Assembly: GCA_038321985.1 (NCBI GenBank)
Contig: JBBQFN010000016.1
Location: 32,001 to 96,000 of the forward strand
Direction: 5' to 3'
Source of the DNA: Cyanophyceae cyanobacterium
GTDB lineage: Bacteria; Cyanobacteriota; Cyanobacteriia; Cyanobacteriales; Laspinemataceae
Length of the DNA stretch: 64,000 nucleotides
Shown: piece after piece, positions 21,180 to 31,788 of the stretch
Numbering within the stretch: the first letter of the stretch is position 1
How the letters are laid out: each line of letters opens with the position of its first letter
Notes under the pieces: generated by a model
The model's input: only the letters and a program-made list of their open reading frames with translations
The model's database searches: none
Told to the model about the DNA's origin: nothing
Made by a program: the position numbers and the translations under genes

Positions 21180-21983
21180 TTAAAGTCTGGGAATCGAGGT
21201 AGAGTGCGGTGGGAGCGGGTGCGCTGGGTTTTGATAAAGGTGGTGAGTTTGGATATAAATTTGGACGGCTTCGGGAACCCAGGTACGGATTTTGGGCCAG
21301 TCGCACCAATGGCGACGCACTAAGGTTGAAGCGATCGCCAGGGTCTTGGATTCTAAAATTTGCCAGCGGAGGGTTACCTGTTGCGAAGCCAAGGCGATCG
21401 CTACCTTTTGGCAAATCTCTTCGGTTTTTCTCAGTTCTGGGTCATCCTTGTGATTTAAGCTATTTGTTCCTACTGCCGAGGCCAATTCCGGCACTCTTTC
21501 CTGAAAATTTAGGGGAGAGACTTCCCTTGAAAACGGAGTTTCTTTCAGGTGATCTGCTCCGGTTAGGGAGGCCAGTCGGGGTGCTACTAACCACTCACAA
21601 GCCTCGGCGAGTTCCCCAGCGCGGTACCATTTCGGCAGGGTTGAGAAGGCGTCTGCACCGATAATCCAATACCACTGGGTGGGAGGGTAAAGTGCTTGAA
21701 GAGTTTGCAAGGTATCGATCGCATACCGGGCTTTGGGTGCCGGTTCGGGACCGAGACAAAAGGCTGTTTCTGGGGCGATCGCCAAGCGTACCATTTCCTG
21801 GCGATGCTCAAAATCCACGCTACATTGCTTCCGGGGATCGCCCTTGAGGCGATCGCTAACCCAGATAACCTGGTCTAATTGCGCCTGAGCTAAGGCGGTG
21901 TAAGCGATTCCCAGATGTCCCCAATGAATCGGGTCAAAGCTTCCCCCCAAAATCCCCCTTTTTTCTCTTGGATGAGGCTGCAT
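21180..21983 (-). CDS. nadD: nicotinate-nucleotide adenylyltransferase
   Basis: GILGGSFDPIHWGH, WIIGADAF..LPKW and a C-terminal VPEAVQIYI..HHLY; sits between gap2 and murC. Confidence 0.9.
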   Translation of the reverse strand: MQPHPREKRGILGGSFDPIHWGHLGIAYTALAQAQLDQVIWVSDRLKGDPRKQCSVDFEHRQEMVRLAIAPETAFCLGPEPAPKARYAIDTLQTLQALYPPTQWYWIIGADAFSTLPKWYRAGELAEACEWLVAPRLASLTGADHLKETPFSREVSPLNFQERVPELASAVGTNSLNHKDDPELRKTEEICQKVAIALASQQVTLRWQILESKTLAIASTLVRRHWCDWPKIRTWVPEAVQIYIQTHHLYQNPAHPLPPHSTSIPRL

Positions 21984-22484
21984 TCTTTCCCGTAAACTTT
22001 CTTTTACATGAACTTGAATCCACCGCGGTCATTTCCACTCCGGTTTCCGGATGATTAGGGCACCTGTGCTGATCATAATAACCGGCACTGATTTCCTTTT
22101 AGCGCTGTTTAGTGGTATTTTTTCCGGAAATAGTCTAGCAAGTGATGGAGGCACTTGTGCGATGGTAAGAGCGCTTTCCCCTTTGTTTTGCTAGGTTTCA
22201 GGAGCATACTCTTAGCTAACTTAAGTGAGATTTTAAACTCACTTGCCAGGGGGGCGAATTATTTTCCGTTTTTCTTGACCATCGGTTATGGTAGACACAC
22301 CAAAAACGTTTAACCATAGAAAAATCTCAGGAAAAGACTTCTACTGTGATGTATTCGACTCTAGAATCGAAAAATGCTTCTTCAGGGAGAGCGCTCAATT
22401 TCTGTTATGACTGTATCGTACAAAAACAATTCTTGATATGATATCGCGTGTTATTGGCGTGGTGTGGTGTGTAAGGAGCTTATA

Positions 22485-24041
22485 ATGCACAATTCTATCG
22501 ATCTAAGTGGCAAACCTTTTCATTTCATCGGAATCGGTGGAATCGGAATGTCAGCGCTTGCCTACATTTTAGCAAAGCGGCAGGTCCCAGTATTTGGATC
22601 CGATATTCGTTCGAGCCATATCACTCAGCGCTTACAAGAAAATGGAGCGCAAATTTTTTGGCGTCAAGATGCGAGCAACCTAGATTTTTACCGACAAAAG
22701 AGCGCCTCACCTGATGAAGCAGCAGTTTTGAATTCAGCCAGCGGGGATGAATCCGGGGGTTTACCCGCGATCGCACCGAAACCGGGAAGGCGACGAACCG
22801 ATGAAAACCCCTCCCCCTCAGAGTTGCCGCAAGTGATTTGTTCAACGGCGATCGATGGAAGCAATAGCGAATATCAAGCTGCTTTAGACCTCGGCTGTCC
22901 CATCTTTCACCGTTCCGAGTTACTAGCGGCTTTAATTTCAGAATATCAAAGCATTGCTGTAGCTGGAACCCACGGTAAGACCACAACTAGCTCCATGCTG
23001 GCCTACGTGCTATTACAGGCCGGTCTGGACCCCACGATTGTAGTGGGGGGAGAAGTGAAAGCCTGGGAAGGTAACGCTCGTCTAGGACAAGGGCCATATC
23101 TGGTGGCAGAGGCGGATGAATCCGATGGGTCCCTAGCCAAGCTCTCGGCAAAAATTGGCGTGGTGACTAACATCGAACTGGATCATCCGGACCATTACCA
23201 GAGTTTGGATCAAGTCATCGAGATTTTTGAAACCTTTAAAGAGCGCTGTACGGATTTAGTCGGATGTATTGATTGCGAAACGGTGCGCGATCGCATCCAA
23301 CCGAACATCTCTTACAGCCTTAACCTGGATTCAGGTGCAGACTATACCGTTGATTGTGTAGCCTATCGAGCCGACGGAACCACCGCACGGGTGTGGGAGC
23401 GCGGTCAAATTCTGGGGCAGCTTTCAATTTGTTTACTGGGTGCACACAACCTGAGTAATGCACTAGCTGTGGTTGCAGTGGGTCGATTGGTCGGCTTAGA
23501 CTTTGCGACCATTGCGCGGGAAATTGCTACATTTGACGGTGCAGCCCGTCGATTTGAGACCCGGGGTAATTACAATGACATCCAATTTGTAGATGACTAT
23601 GCTCATCACCCCAGTGAAATTCGAGCCACCCTCCATGCAGCAAGTCTTCAAACAAAAGGATTGCGCTCTCGTTCCCGAAGGATTGTCGCGGTTTTTCAAC
23701 CCCATCGCTATAGCCGAACTCGGGCATTTTTAGCTGAGTTTGCTCAATCGTTTAGCGAGGCCGATGTGGTCGTTGTGACCGACATCTACAGCGCTGGGGA
23801 AGCGAATGAATTTCAACTGAGCGGACAACAAGTGGCAGACGAAATTTCCGCCCATCATCCTCGGGTTTGTTATAGTCCTTCTCTGTCTGCGGTGAGCGAG
23901 TTTCTCATTGAAGGCTTGCTCCCTGGGGACCTCGCCATATTTCTGGGGGCCGGTAATTTGAATCAAATTATTCCAGAAGTCATGGCATTTCATCAACAGG
24001 TCGAGCAAACGGCTCGGGCAGAAGCACGCCATCGAGCTTGA
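22485..24041 (+). CDS. murC: UDP-N-acetylmuramate--L-alanine ligase
   Basis: HFIGIGGIGMSALA, AGTHGKTTT, EADESDG, DDYAHHPSEI and FQPHRYSRT. AAGGAG precedes the ATG at 22485. Confidence 0.97.
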   Translation: MHNSIDLSGKPFHFIGIGGIGMSALAYILAKRQVPVFGSDIRSSHITQRLQENGAQIFWRQDASNLDFYRQKSASPDEAAVLNSASGDESGGLPAIAPKPGRRRTDENPSPSELPQVICSTAIDGSNSEYQAALDLGCPIFHRSELLAALISEYQSIAVAGTHGKTTTSSMLAYVLLQAGLDPTIVVGGEVKAWEGNARLGQGPYLVAEADESDGSLAKLSAKIGVVTNIELDHPDHYQSLDQVIEIFETFKERCTDLVGCIDCETVRDRIQPNISYSLNLDSGADYTVDCVAYRADGTTARVWERGQILGQLSICLLGAHNLSNALAVVAVGRLVGLDFATIAREIATFDGAARRFETRGNYNDIQFVDDYAHHPSEIRATLHAASLQTKGLRSRSRRIVAVFQPHRYSRTRAFLAEFAQSFSEADVVVVTDIYSAGEANEFQLSGQQVADEISAHHPRVCYSPSLSAVSEFLIEGLLPGDLAIFLGAGNLNQIIPEVMAFHQQVEQTARAEARHRA

Positions 24042-24150
24042 ACCCGCGCCCGTAGGGTTGTAAGAAACCCTGGGCGATCGCCCCTGAAAATACCCCGGAT
24101 GATTTACTTTTACAGCCTAGGTCTATAGGGATTTAAGCACCTGGATTATC

Positions 24151-25164
24151 ATGACTCTTTCCTCCGATACTGTACGCATCCCCAGCCCCTCTGTGGTTAA
24201 CCAACCCGCCAATCCACGCCCGACTCGATTGAACGTCAATTCAGAGCGTTCCCACTCTATTTATTTAGCCGGGACCGATTGTCAAATTAAGTCGAACGTT
24301 TCTTTATCGACATTTACCTCCTTTCGAGTAGGGGGTCCTGCTGACTGGTACGTTGCTCCGAAGCAGATAGAAGAGGTCCAAGCCTGTTTAGAATGGGCCA
24401 GGGCTGAAGGATTACCCGTCACCTTCTTAGGTGCGGGTTCCAATCTATTAGTCAGCGATCGCGGGATTCCCGGTTTGGCAATTTCTACGCGCCATCTGCG
24501 TTATAGCCGCTTCAATGCCCAAACAGGTCAAGTGACCGTTGCTGCGGGTCAATCCCTGCCTCGTCTGGCTTGGCAAGCTGCTCAATTGGGGTGGGAAGGG
24601 CTGGAGTGGGCAGTGGGCATTCCTGGCACTGTCGGGGGAGCCGTTGTGATGAATGCCGGTGCCCACGGGAGTTGTGCCTCTGAGATTTTAGTCACTACTG
24701 AGGTAGTTTCCTCCCGGGGAACTATTTCGGTATTGACCGCGCAAGAGTTGGGATATAGCTATCGGACCTCGGTCCTCCAAGGGAGCGATCGCCTGGTGAC
24801 CGAGGCTACCTTTCAACTCAAACCCGGAGCCGACCCCGCCCAGGTTCAAGCTAACACCTCGGAACAGCTCGAACATCGCAAATCCACCCAACCCTACCAC
24901 CTCCCCAGTTGTGGTAGCGTCTTCCGAAATCCTGATGGATCCCCGGGAGCGGGATGGTTAATCGAGCAAACCGGACTCAAAGGTTATCAGATTGGCAACG
25001 CTCAGGTAGCCGAACGCCATGCTAACTTTATTGTCAATTGCGGCGGCGCGAAAGCCAGCGACATTTTTCAGCTAATTCGTTATGTTCAAACTCGCGTAGA
25101 GCAGAACTGGTCCGTGCTTTTAGAACCTGAAGTTCGCACAATAGGGGAGTTTCAATCGGTGTAA
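24151..25164 (+). CDS. murB: UDP-N-acetylenolpyruvoylglucosamine reductase
   Basis: [41 protein letters not shown] and HANFIVN. Confidence 0.97.
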   Translation: MTLSSDTVRIPSPSVVNQPANPRPTRLNVNSERSHSIYLAGTDCQIKSNVSLSTFTSFRVGGPADWYVAPKQIEEVQACLEWARAEGLPVTFLGAGSNLLVSDRGIPGLAISTRHLRYSRFNAQTGQVTVAAGQSLPRLAWQAAQLGWEGLEWAVGIPGTVGGAVVMNAGAHGSCASEILVTTEVVSSRGTISVLTAQELGYSYRTSVLQGSDRLVTEATFQLKPGADPAQVQANTSEQLEHRKSTQPYHLPSCGSVFRNPDGSPGAGWLIEQTGLKGYQIGNAQVAERHANFIVNCGGAKASDIFQLIRYVQTRVEQNWSVLLEPEVRTIGEFQSV

Positions 25165-25638
25165 CGTCATCGATTGAAGCTGGCCTTCGCCCCCATGGCT
25201 CCTAGCCGCCCTAATGCCCACCCTGGCGCTCCCCCGGGCTGAGTCAATGGCATACTGCAATTATCGCGTGGTAGTATTGCTAAGGGTAATGCCCATGAGT
25301 GTCTGATTCTGAGCGCGGCAAATGACAGACTTTGAATGTCGGCTGATATCAAGCTGTCGGAAAAATGTCAACCCGATTGATTCCTAGGCTCTCCCTTTGA
25401 AAGGGGAGGAGGAAACATCAGTAAAAGCGCCAGGGGTCCAGAACTCTACAGTACGGTGAGGCACATCGGAACTGGCTCTTAAATAGAGGGCAAAACGCTT
25501 GGAAAAGCAGGTACAAGTCCCCTGAAATAGGAAACTGTTTTAGGGTCAGTCCCCTGGATGAACCAAGAAATCCACAGCAGCGATCGCGCAGCTAAATGAT
25601 GCCAAAATCGATTTGAACCCATACAGAGTTAACCCGTT

Positions 25639-25989
25639 ATGGCAGGAAAAGGACAGGGAGGATTTGGTTTCGGTCTCGGCAAAATGAAAGAGCTGACTGA
25701 AGCCTTTAAAAAAGCTCAACAAGTACAAGAAGGTGCTAAAAAGCTTCAAGAAGAATTAGATGAGCTTGAAGTCATCGGAGAAGCCGGTGGTGGCTTGGTT
25801 AAAGTGATTTTAAGCGGCAACCAAGAACCCCGGCGGGTGGAGATTTCCCCCGATGCTCTCGGCGAGGGAGCCGAAGTGGTTGCCGAACTGGTGACCGTTG
25901 CGATGACAGATGCTTATAATAAATCCACCGCAACTATGCGCGAACGGATGGAAGAATTGACGGGCGGGCTAAATCTGCCCGGTCTGTAA
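25639..25989 (+). CDS. ybaB: YbaB/EbfC family nucleoid-associated protein
   Basis: KKAQQVQ...[17 protein letters not shown]...[12 protein letters not shown]. Confidence 0.93.
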   Translation: MAGKGQGGFGFGLGKMKELTEAFKKAQQVQEGAKKLQEELDELEVIGEAGGGLVKVILSGNQEPRRVEISPDALGEGAEVVAELVTVAMTDAYNKSTATMRERMEELTGGLNLPGL

Positions 25990-26294
25990 CTGCAATAGCG
26001 CGGGCAGCCGCCCAACTAGATCGAGTCTAATCCATATCAACTACTTTTCATCAAGATCTAGCTGGCTTTCTGCTGTGTCAAGTAAGCCAGCTAATTTTGT
26101 TAAGGGTTTTGAGGGCGGTTTTAATGGGATTGATCCGGCTTAAAATCGCGGTAACCCGACTGACAGATCAGTTCTGGGTAAGATAGAAGGCGATCGCCGC
26201 GATCGTCCACCCCCGTTGAGAGCGGGGTTTATTTTTTTAGGAGCGATCGCCCGTTCCATCTCTCCTCTATATCTAATCCCCAAACAACTCACCA

Positions 26295-26786
26295 ATGCCT
26301 TATAAACTTTTATTTGTCTGCCTTGGGAATATCTGCCGCTCTCCAGCCGCAGAAAATATTATGAACCACCAGATCCAGGACAGGAATCTCCAGGATAAAA
26401 TTATCTGTGACTCCGCAGGGACTTCGGCTTACCATGTCGGTAGTCCCCCCGATCGCCGCATGGTCGCTGCCGCCAAACAACAGGGACTCTCCTTCATGGG
26501 CGAAGCGCGGCGCTTTCAAGTTGCAGACTTTCAGAAGTTCGATTTGATTTTAGCGATGGATCGAGAAAATTATGCCGATATCTTATCCCTCGATCCCCAA
26601 GGTCAGTATCGCGAGAAAGTCCGCATGATGTGCGATTTTTGTCGCGATCGCCCCGAAAAAGAAGTCCCCGACCCCTATTACGGCGGTCCCGATGGATTTA
26701 ACAATGTCATCGACCTGCTGGTAGATGCCTGTAAAGGGCTTTTGGATTATGTCGTTGAGCAGCAAAATGTCAAGGTGAAACCTTAA
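26295..26786 (+). CDS. low-molecular-weight protein-tyrosine phosphatase
   Basis: VCLGNICRSP P-loop, DSAGT and VPDPYYGG. Confidence 0.95.
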   Translation: MPYKLLFVCLGNICRSPAAENIMNHQIQDRNLQDKIICDSAGTSAYHVGSPPDRRMVAAAKQQGLSFMGEARRFQVADFQKFDLILAMDRENYADILSLDPQGQYREKVRMMCDFCRDRPEKEVPDPYYGGPDGFNNVIDLLVDACKGLLDYVVEQQNVKVKP

Positions 26787-26796
26787 CCCGTCCAGG

Positions 26797-26916
26797 ACGG
26801 AGGACCCCATCCTAACCCTCCCCGATGCCTTGGGGAGGGAACCGGAGGTGCTCTTAACGGAGGACCCCACCCTAACCCTCCCCTTGCTAAGGGGAGGGAA
26901 CCGGAGGTGCTCTTAA
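26797..26916. repeat. tandem duplication of a about 60-bp palindromic unit
   Basis: ACGGAGGACCCCA[T/C]CCTAACCCTCCCC...GGGGAGGGAACCGGAGGTGCTCTTA at 26797 and 26857, each with a CCCTCCCC/GGGGAGGG stem. Confidence 0.9.
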
Positions 26917-27053
26917 GCGTAAAAAACCGACTCTTGTAAGTTAGGTTGAAAAAGCGTTAAGGGTAGTTCAACCGCCGCCAAATCTTGTTGACTCAGGCCC
27001 AAACGGAGCCGAATCTGTTTTAAACTATTGCAAAGATTAGCTTCGGGTTTCAT
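26913..27053 (-). pseudogene. truncated XRE-family HTH regulator (N-terminal about 27 aa only)
   Basis: Manual translation MKPEANLCNSLKQIRLRLGLSQQDLAA|VELPLTLFQPNLQESVFYA*. The ATG overlaps the modB stop (ATGA). The first two XRE helices are recognisable, then the similarity ends. Confidence 0.75.
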
Positions 27054-27700
27054 TCGCTTTCCTGAGCATTTTCCAAAAGTCTCACCCCCCACAACAAGGT
27101 AAAGGCAATTACCGTCATCATGAGTACCATTTGATTAGCGCGTTGATAATCCTGCATTTGTACCGCATCATAAATCGCCAGGGGTAAAGTTTGGGTCCGC
27201 CCAGGAATACTGCCGGCAACCATCAGAGTTGCTCCGAATTCTCCTAATCCTCGGGCGATACTTAAACCAAACCCTGCCAATACCCCACGATAGGCTAAGG
27301 GTAAACTAATCAGCCATAAAACTTCCAGTTCCGATGCGCCTAAAGTGCGGGCTGCCGCTTCGAGTTCAGAGTTGACAGAGGCGATCGCCACCCTTGTGGA
27401 TTCCACCATTAATGGGAGTGCCACCACCGTCGAGGCGACTGCGGCAGCTTGCCAAGTAAATAATAGATGAATTCCCAATACTTGCTGAATCAGACTCCCT
27501 CGCCCTAATGCCAGCAATAGCCCATACCCTACCACACTCGGAGGCAGTACCAAGGGTAAATTTAACACCGTCGAAACAATCAGTTTTCCAGGGAAACTTG
27601 TTCTTGCCAAGAAAATGCCTAACCCTAACCCTAAAGCTAAAATGGCTAGACTGGCAACTCCTATCACTTGGAATGACAAAAATAAGGGGTGCCAAATCAT
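27050..27700 (-). CDS. modB: molybdate ABC transporter permease
   Basis: LPLVLPPSVVGY, EAAARTLGA, ARGLGEFGAT and IPGRTQTLPLAIY. Confidence 0.95.
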   Translation of the reverse strand: MIWHPLFLSFQVIGVASLAILALGLGLGIFLARTSFPGKLIVSTVLNLPLVLPPSVVGYGLLLALGRGSLIQQVLGIHLLFTWQAAAVASTVVALPLMVESTRVAIASVNSELEAAARTLGASELEVLWLISLPLAYRGVLAGFGLSIARGLGEFGATLMVAGSIPGRTQTLPLAIYDAVQMQDYQRANQMVLMMTVIAFTLLWGVRLLENAQESE

Positions 27701-28500
27701 TTTGTTGCGTCTTCTCCCGGTAAAACAAAGCCATGTTTTTTCATTAATTCTCTACTTTTATAGCTATTAATAAATATAGCCAGTTGCTTGGCAATGTCAG
27801 GATGATGGGCAGTTTTGGGTACAACTAACATTTGTTCCAGGGGTTGATGTAAATCTGCGGAAATTAAGATCCATTGACCCGGACGATTCAGGCTAATGGA
27901 TAAGGCGACGATCGCCACATCGACATTTCCTGCTTCTGCATATTGCTGAGCTTGCCTGATGTTTTCCCCTAATACTAACTTTGGCTGAAGCTCATCCCAA
28001 ATTCCGATAGATTCCAAGGCTTGTTTCGCAGCAATTCCGTATGGGGCATGGTTGGGATTTGCGATCGCCACTCGTTCAATTTCTGATTTTGTTAAATCCT
28101 GAAGGTCTTTTATCTGAAGGGAGCTATCTTCCCGATGCCATAGCGTAATTCGTCCCACCCCATACAATGCCTTAGTCTGCGAGAAAACTAGCTCTTTTCT
28201 GTCTAAATCTTCAATAGATTTTTTATCGGATGCCACAAATAAATCAACAGGTGCACCTCGCTCAATTTGCTGTGCCAGTTGCCCTGTGGAACCCCAATTA
28301 ATCATCACCTTATTTCCCGTTTCCTGTTCCCACAGCTTGGCGATCGGGGGTAAGACTTGATTTAAACTTGCCGCTGCGGAAACGGTTAGAGTCACTGTTG
28401 CAGAGGATAAGTGAGGCGGCTGGGTTCCCGGAGAGACCCCACAAGCTACCAGCAGGGCAAAACCCATATACATGAGCAGTTTTCGTGGATATTGTCCCAT
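27697..28500 (-). CDS. modA: molybdate ABC transporter substrate-binding lipoprotein
   Basis: LVAC lipobox, VSAAASL, GSTGQLAQQIERGAPVDLF and ANPNHAPYG. Confidence 0.93.
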   Translation of the reverse strand: MGQYPRKLLMYMGFALLVACGVSPGTQPPHLSSATVTLTVSAAASLNQVLPPIAKLWEQETGNKVMINWGSTGQLAQQIERGAPVDLFVASDKKSIEDLDRKELVFSQTKALYGVGRITLWHREDSSLQIKDLQDLTKSEIERVAIANPNHAPYGIAAKQALESIGIWDELQPKLVLGENIRQAQQYAEAGNVDVAIVALSISLNRPGQWILISADLHQPLEQMLVVPKTAHHPDIAKQLAIFINSYKSRELMKKHGFVLPGEDATK

Positions 28501-28916
28501 AGGTGTCGCATTTGACCTGAGTCGGAATACTGCGATTATATTGGCATTCTGCTAAAATACTGGCACCTCTAGGGGTCTGGGTTGAGGGCTTCTGCAACAA
28601 CTCACACCCTATTCACGGAGCGTTTCGTTAGGAAAGGGTGGGGCTACTCTATAAAAACGACTGTTGATAACCGGACCCAACCCCACCGTAAATACCATCC
28701 TGGTGAATCCTATGCCCTCTACGTCCTAGTCGATGCCTAATGCTCGTGCCTATGACTCGACCCTTTCCCAACTCGGTGATCTGAACTCATTTTTTGATGG
28801 ATTTGTCAACCCTTACTTTCCCAAAAAAATTCCAAGTTTAGGGTAGATTCTCCGCTACAATCAACGAGACAACGGGACTGCTTCTTCTCACACAAAAAAT
28901 CAAAAATGAGATAATT

Positions 28917-30032
28917 ATGGATATACAAGCCGCCGTTGCTTGGCAAGCCGGTGAACCTTTAAGTTTAGAAACTGTACAACTTGAAGGTCCCAAAGCCGGA
29001 GAAGTTATGGTGGAAATCAAAGCTACCGGAGTTTGTCATACCGATGCCTATACTCTATCTGGAGCAGACCCGGAGGGACTGTTTCCGGCTATTTTGGGCC
29101 ATGAAGGGGCTGGAGTTGTGGTGGAAGTCGGCGATGAAGTCAAAACTCTTAAAGTGGGCGATCGCGTCATTCCCCTCTATACCCCGGAATGTCGTCAATG
29201 CAAATACTGTCTCAGCAACAAAACCAACCTCTGTCAAGCAATCCGAGCCACCCAAGGCAAAGGAGTCATGCCGGACGGCACCAGCCGCTTCTCCCTCAAC
29301 GGCAAAAAAATCCATCACTACATGGGCACCTCCACCTTTGCTAACTTCACCGTTCTCCCAGAAATCGCCGTCGCCAAAATCCGGGACGACGCCCCCTTAG
29401 ATAAAGTCTGTCTGATTGGTTGTGGAGTCACAACCGGCATTGGGGCAGTCATCAACACCGCCAAAGTCGAACCGGGGTCAAACGTCGTTGTCTTTGGTTT
29501 AGGGGGAATTGGACTAAACGTCATACAGGGAGCGCGTTTAGTTGGAGCTAACCAAATTATTGGCATTGACCTCAATCCCGCCAAACGGGACCTCGCTGAA
29601 AAATTTGGCATGACTCATTTCATCAACCCCAACGATGTAGAAGATGTGGTTGCAGCCATCATCGACCTCACCGATGGCGGTGCGGACTATAGCTTTGAAT
29701 GTATCGGCAACGTCAACGTCATGCGTCAGGCCCTCGAATGCTGTCATAAAGGCTGGGGCGAATCGGTAATCATTGGCGTTGCAGGAGCGGGCCAAGAAAT
29801 TAGTACCCGTCCCTTCCAACTCGTCACGGGTCGGGTTTGGCGAGGAAGCGCCTTTGGTGGAGCCAGAGGTCGCCGAGATGTACCTAAAATCGTCGATTGG
29901 TACATGGATGGTAAAATCGACATCGATAGTCTGGTCTCCCATGTCATCCCCGTCAATCGGATCAACGAGGCTTTTGACCTGATGCACGCCGGGGAAGGCA
30001 TTCGCACCGTTGTCACATTCCCCGAATCATGA
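28917..30032 (+). CDS. frmA: S-(hydroxymethyl)glutathione dehydrogenase / class III alcohol dehydrogenase
   Basis: [23 protein letters not shown] and [22 protein letters not shown]. Confidence 0.97.
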   Translation: MDIQAAVAWQAGEPLSLETVQLEGPKAGEVMVEIKATGVCHTDAYTLSGADPEGLFPAILGHEGAGVVVEVGDEVKTLKVGDRVIPLYTPECRQCKYCLSNKTNLCQAIRATQGKGVMPDGTSRFSLNGKKIHHYMGTSTFANFTVLPEIAVAKIRDDAPLDKVCLIGCGVTTGIGAVINTAKVEPGSNVVVFGLGGIGLNVIQGARLVGANQIIGIDLNPAKRDLAEKFGMTHFINPNDVEDVVAAIIDLTDGGADYSFECIGNVNVMRQALECCHKGWGESVIIGVAGAGQEISTRPFQLVTGRVWRGSAFGGARGRRDVPKIVDWYMDGKIDIDSLVSHVIPVNRINEAFDLMHAGEGIRTVVTFPES

Positions 30033-30877
30033 CCCTTACCCTAACTCAGCAAAATCGTTCCTTTGGCGGAACTACTCAGTTTTATCAGCATTCCTCCCAA
30101 TGCTGCAACGCTCCGATGCGGTTCTCGGTGTATGTTCCTCCCCAAGCCGCCCAGCAGCCGGTTCCCATTCTTTATTGGCTATCGGGGCTAACTTGTACGG
30201 AGGAGAACTTTATCAGTAAAGCTGGGGCCCAACGTCTGGCCGCCCAATATGGCTTGCTGTTGGTTGCCCCCGATACCAGTCCCCGCAATCTGGGACTTCC
30301 GGGAGAAGATGACCGCTGGGATTTCGGGAGTGGAGCCAGCTTTTATGTAGATGCGACGGAATTGCCCTGGAATAAGCATTATCAGATGTACCGCTATGTC
30401 ACCGAGGAACTTCCCGCCCTGATTGAGGAGAATTTCCCAGTAGATCCGACTCGTCAGAGTATTTTCGGTCATTCTATGGGGGGACATGGAGCGCTCATCT
30501 GTGCCTTACGCCATCCCTCCCGTTATCAGTCTGTCTCCGCCTTCGCTCCTATTACAGCCCCCATGTCTTGTCCTTGGGGAGAAACAGCATTTCGAGGCTA
30601 TTTGGGGGAGAATCGTCAAACTTGGTCTGCCTATGATGCGAGTGAGTTGGTGAAGACTTCAGCTTGGCGGCGTCCGATTTTGATTGACCAAGGGGACGCA
30701 GATTCGTTTTTGGCCCAAGGTCAGTTATTACCAGAACGGTTTGAGACAGCTTGTCAGCAGGCGGGTATTGACCTCCGGTTACGGATGCAGCCGGGGTACG
30801 ATCATAGTTATTACTTTATTGCCAGTTTTATGGATGACCATCTCCGCCATCATGCGGAGGCTTTAGGTTGTCTTTAG
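30029..30877 (+). CDS. fghA: S-formylglutathione hydrolase
   Basis: [22 protein letters not shown] and [13 protein letters not shown] overlap with frmA. Confidence 0.96.
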   Translation: MTLTLTQQNRSFGGTTQFYQHSSQCCNAPMRFSVYVPPQAAQQPVPILYWLSGLTCTEENFISKAGAQRLAAQYGLLLVAPDTSPRNLGLPGEDDRWDFGSGASFYVDATELPWNKHYQMYRYVTEELPALIEENFPVDPTRQSIFGHSMGGHGALICALRHPSRYQSVSAFAPITAPMSCPWGETAFRGYLGENRQTWSAYDASELVKTSAWRRPILIDQGDADSFLAQGQLLPERFETACQQAGIDLRLRMQPGYDHSYYFIASFMDDHLRHHAEALGCL

Positions 30878-30881
30878 GATT

Positions 30882-30915
30882 TTTGGTGGCGAAGGGATAC
30901 CACTCGCGCCACCAA
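30882..30915 (+). terminator. hairpin after fghA
   Basis: TTGGTGGCG...CGCCACCAA inverted repeat immediately after the stop. Confidence 0.5.
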
Positions 30916-30927
30916 CACCGCCCGAAC

Positions 30928-31143
30928 CACAAAAGTCAAGGCAGCGAATATCCCGTGGTGATTCTGCCTCTTTACACCCAGCATTATATTTTGCTCAACA
31001 AAAACCTGCTTTACACGGGCCTACCGTAGGCGCGAAAGCTGGCAATTCTAGTCGGGCAGGAGAAAGCCCTGGCATTGGCAGTCCAGAACGTGTATGAAAA
31101 TCAGCGCTATACTTTGCCGACTCAACGACTCAATTGCCGATAA
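30928..31143 (+). pseudogene. recD2: C-terminal relic of a RecD2-like SF1B helicase
   Basis: Manual translation [51 protein letters not shown]...QRYTL. It contains helicase motif V (HKSQGSE) and a decayed motif VI (YTGLTRAR-like) with an in-frame TAG at 31027. There is no 5' part. Confidence 0.88.
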
Positions 31144-31788
31144 TCAACTGCTCAAGAGTGACAATCCCAAGGCTAGGCTGAGTGATGGATTGGCTGAAGT
31201 GTCCCATCAAACAAGATAGGTCAAACCAAGATGGACTTGTCCTGGAGGATCTAATCAACGGATTGTAGGGGTTCTAGGGTCTGGGTTTAGATAACCTATT
31301 CGGGCTAACTTAATGGAACCAGTATGCGATTGACGTTCAAGAGTGAATGCTTTTTTAATCCCCATAAGCTCTTTTTTATCTCTGGCGGTTGAAGTTAACA
31401 TCAATCACTTAGAGTAAATTCAATAATATCATGCAAAATTATAGTGAATTAAACATTCAAAGACTTATGCTATAAAGGTTTTAAAAGAATAATTACCCAT
31501 TACCTGCAAAACTTTAGTTATTAAATCTGCATCTTTAGTGTAAATTTGTGCGATCGAACCCACAAAAACGCATAAAAACTAGAGTCTACTCCTAGAGATA
31601 GAGGTAGAATCTTGAAAGATATTCCTGTATGTACTTACCGAGCAAACCAAAATTCATCCTAACAGAGTTTAAGGAATGGTCGCCCAGCCAGTCCCTAGTG
31701 CTCTTACAACCATTGGCCGGATGCACCCAGAGGCATCGCGCAGCATCAACCGTTGCTCACCGATACCCACTGAACTTCTAACCGCCAA

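Noticed and set aside
26797..26916. 60-bp tandem repeat as a mini-CRISPR
   Set aside because: Only two contiguous copies with no unique spacer.
28501..28916. Moco riboswitch or ModE box upstream of modA
   Set aside because: I could not match a consensus by eye. An Infernal/Rfam scan would be needed.
28568..31290. Similar short sequences TCTAGGGGTCTGGGTT (about 28568) and TCTAGGGTCTGGGTT (about 31275) as att sites around frmA-fghA
   Set aside because: Short and imperfect, with no integrase nearby, and the second copy lies beyond the recD2 relic. Insufficient support.
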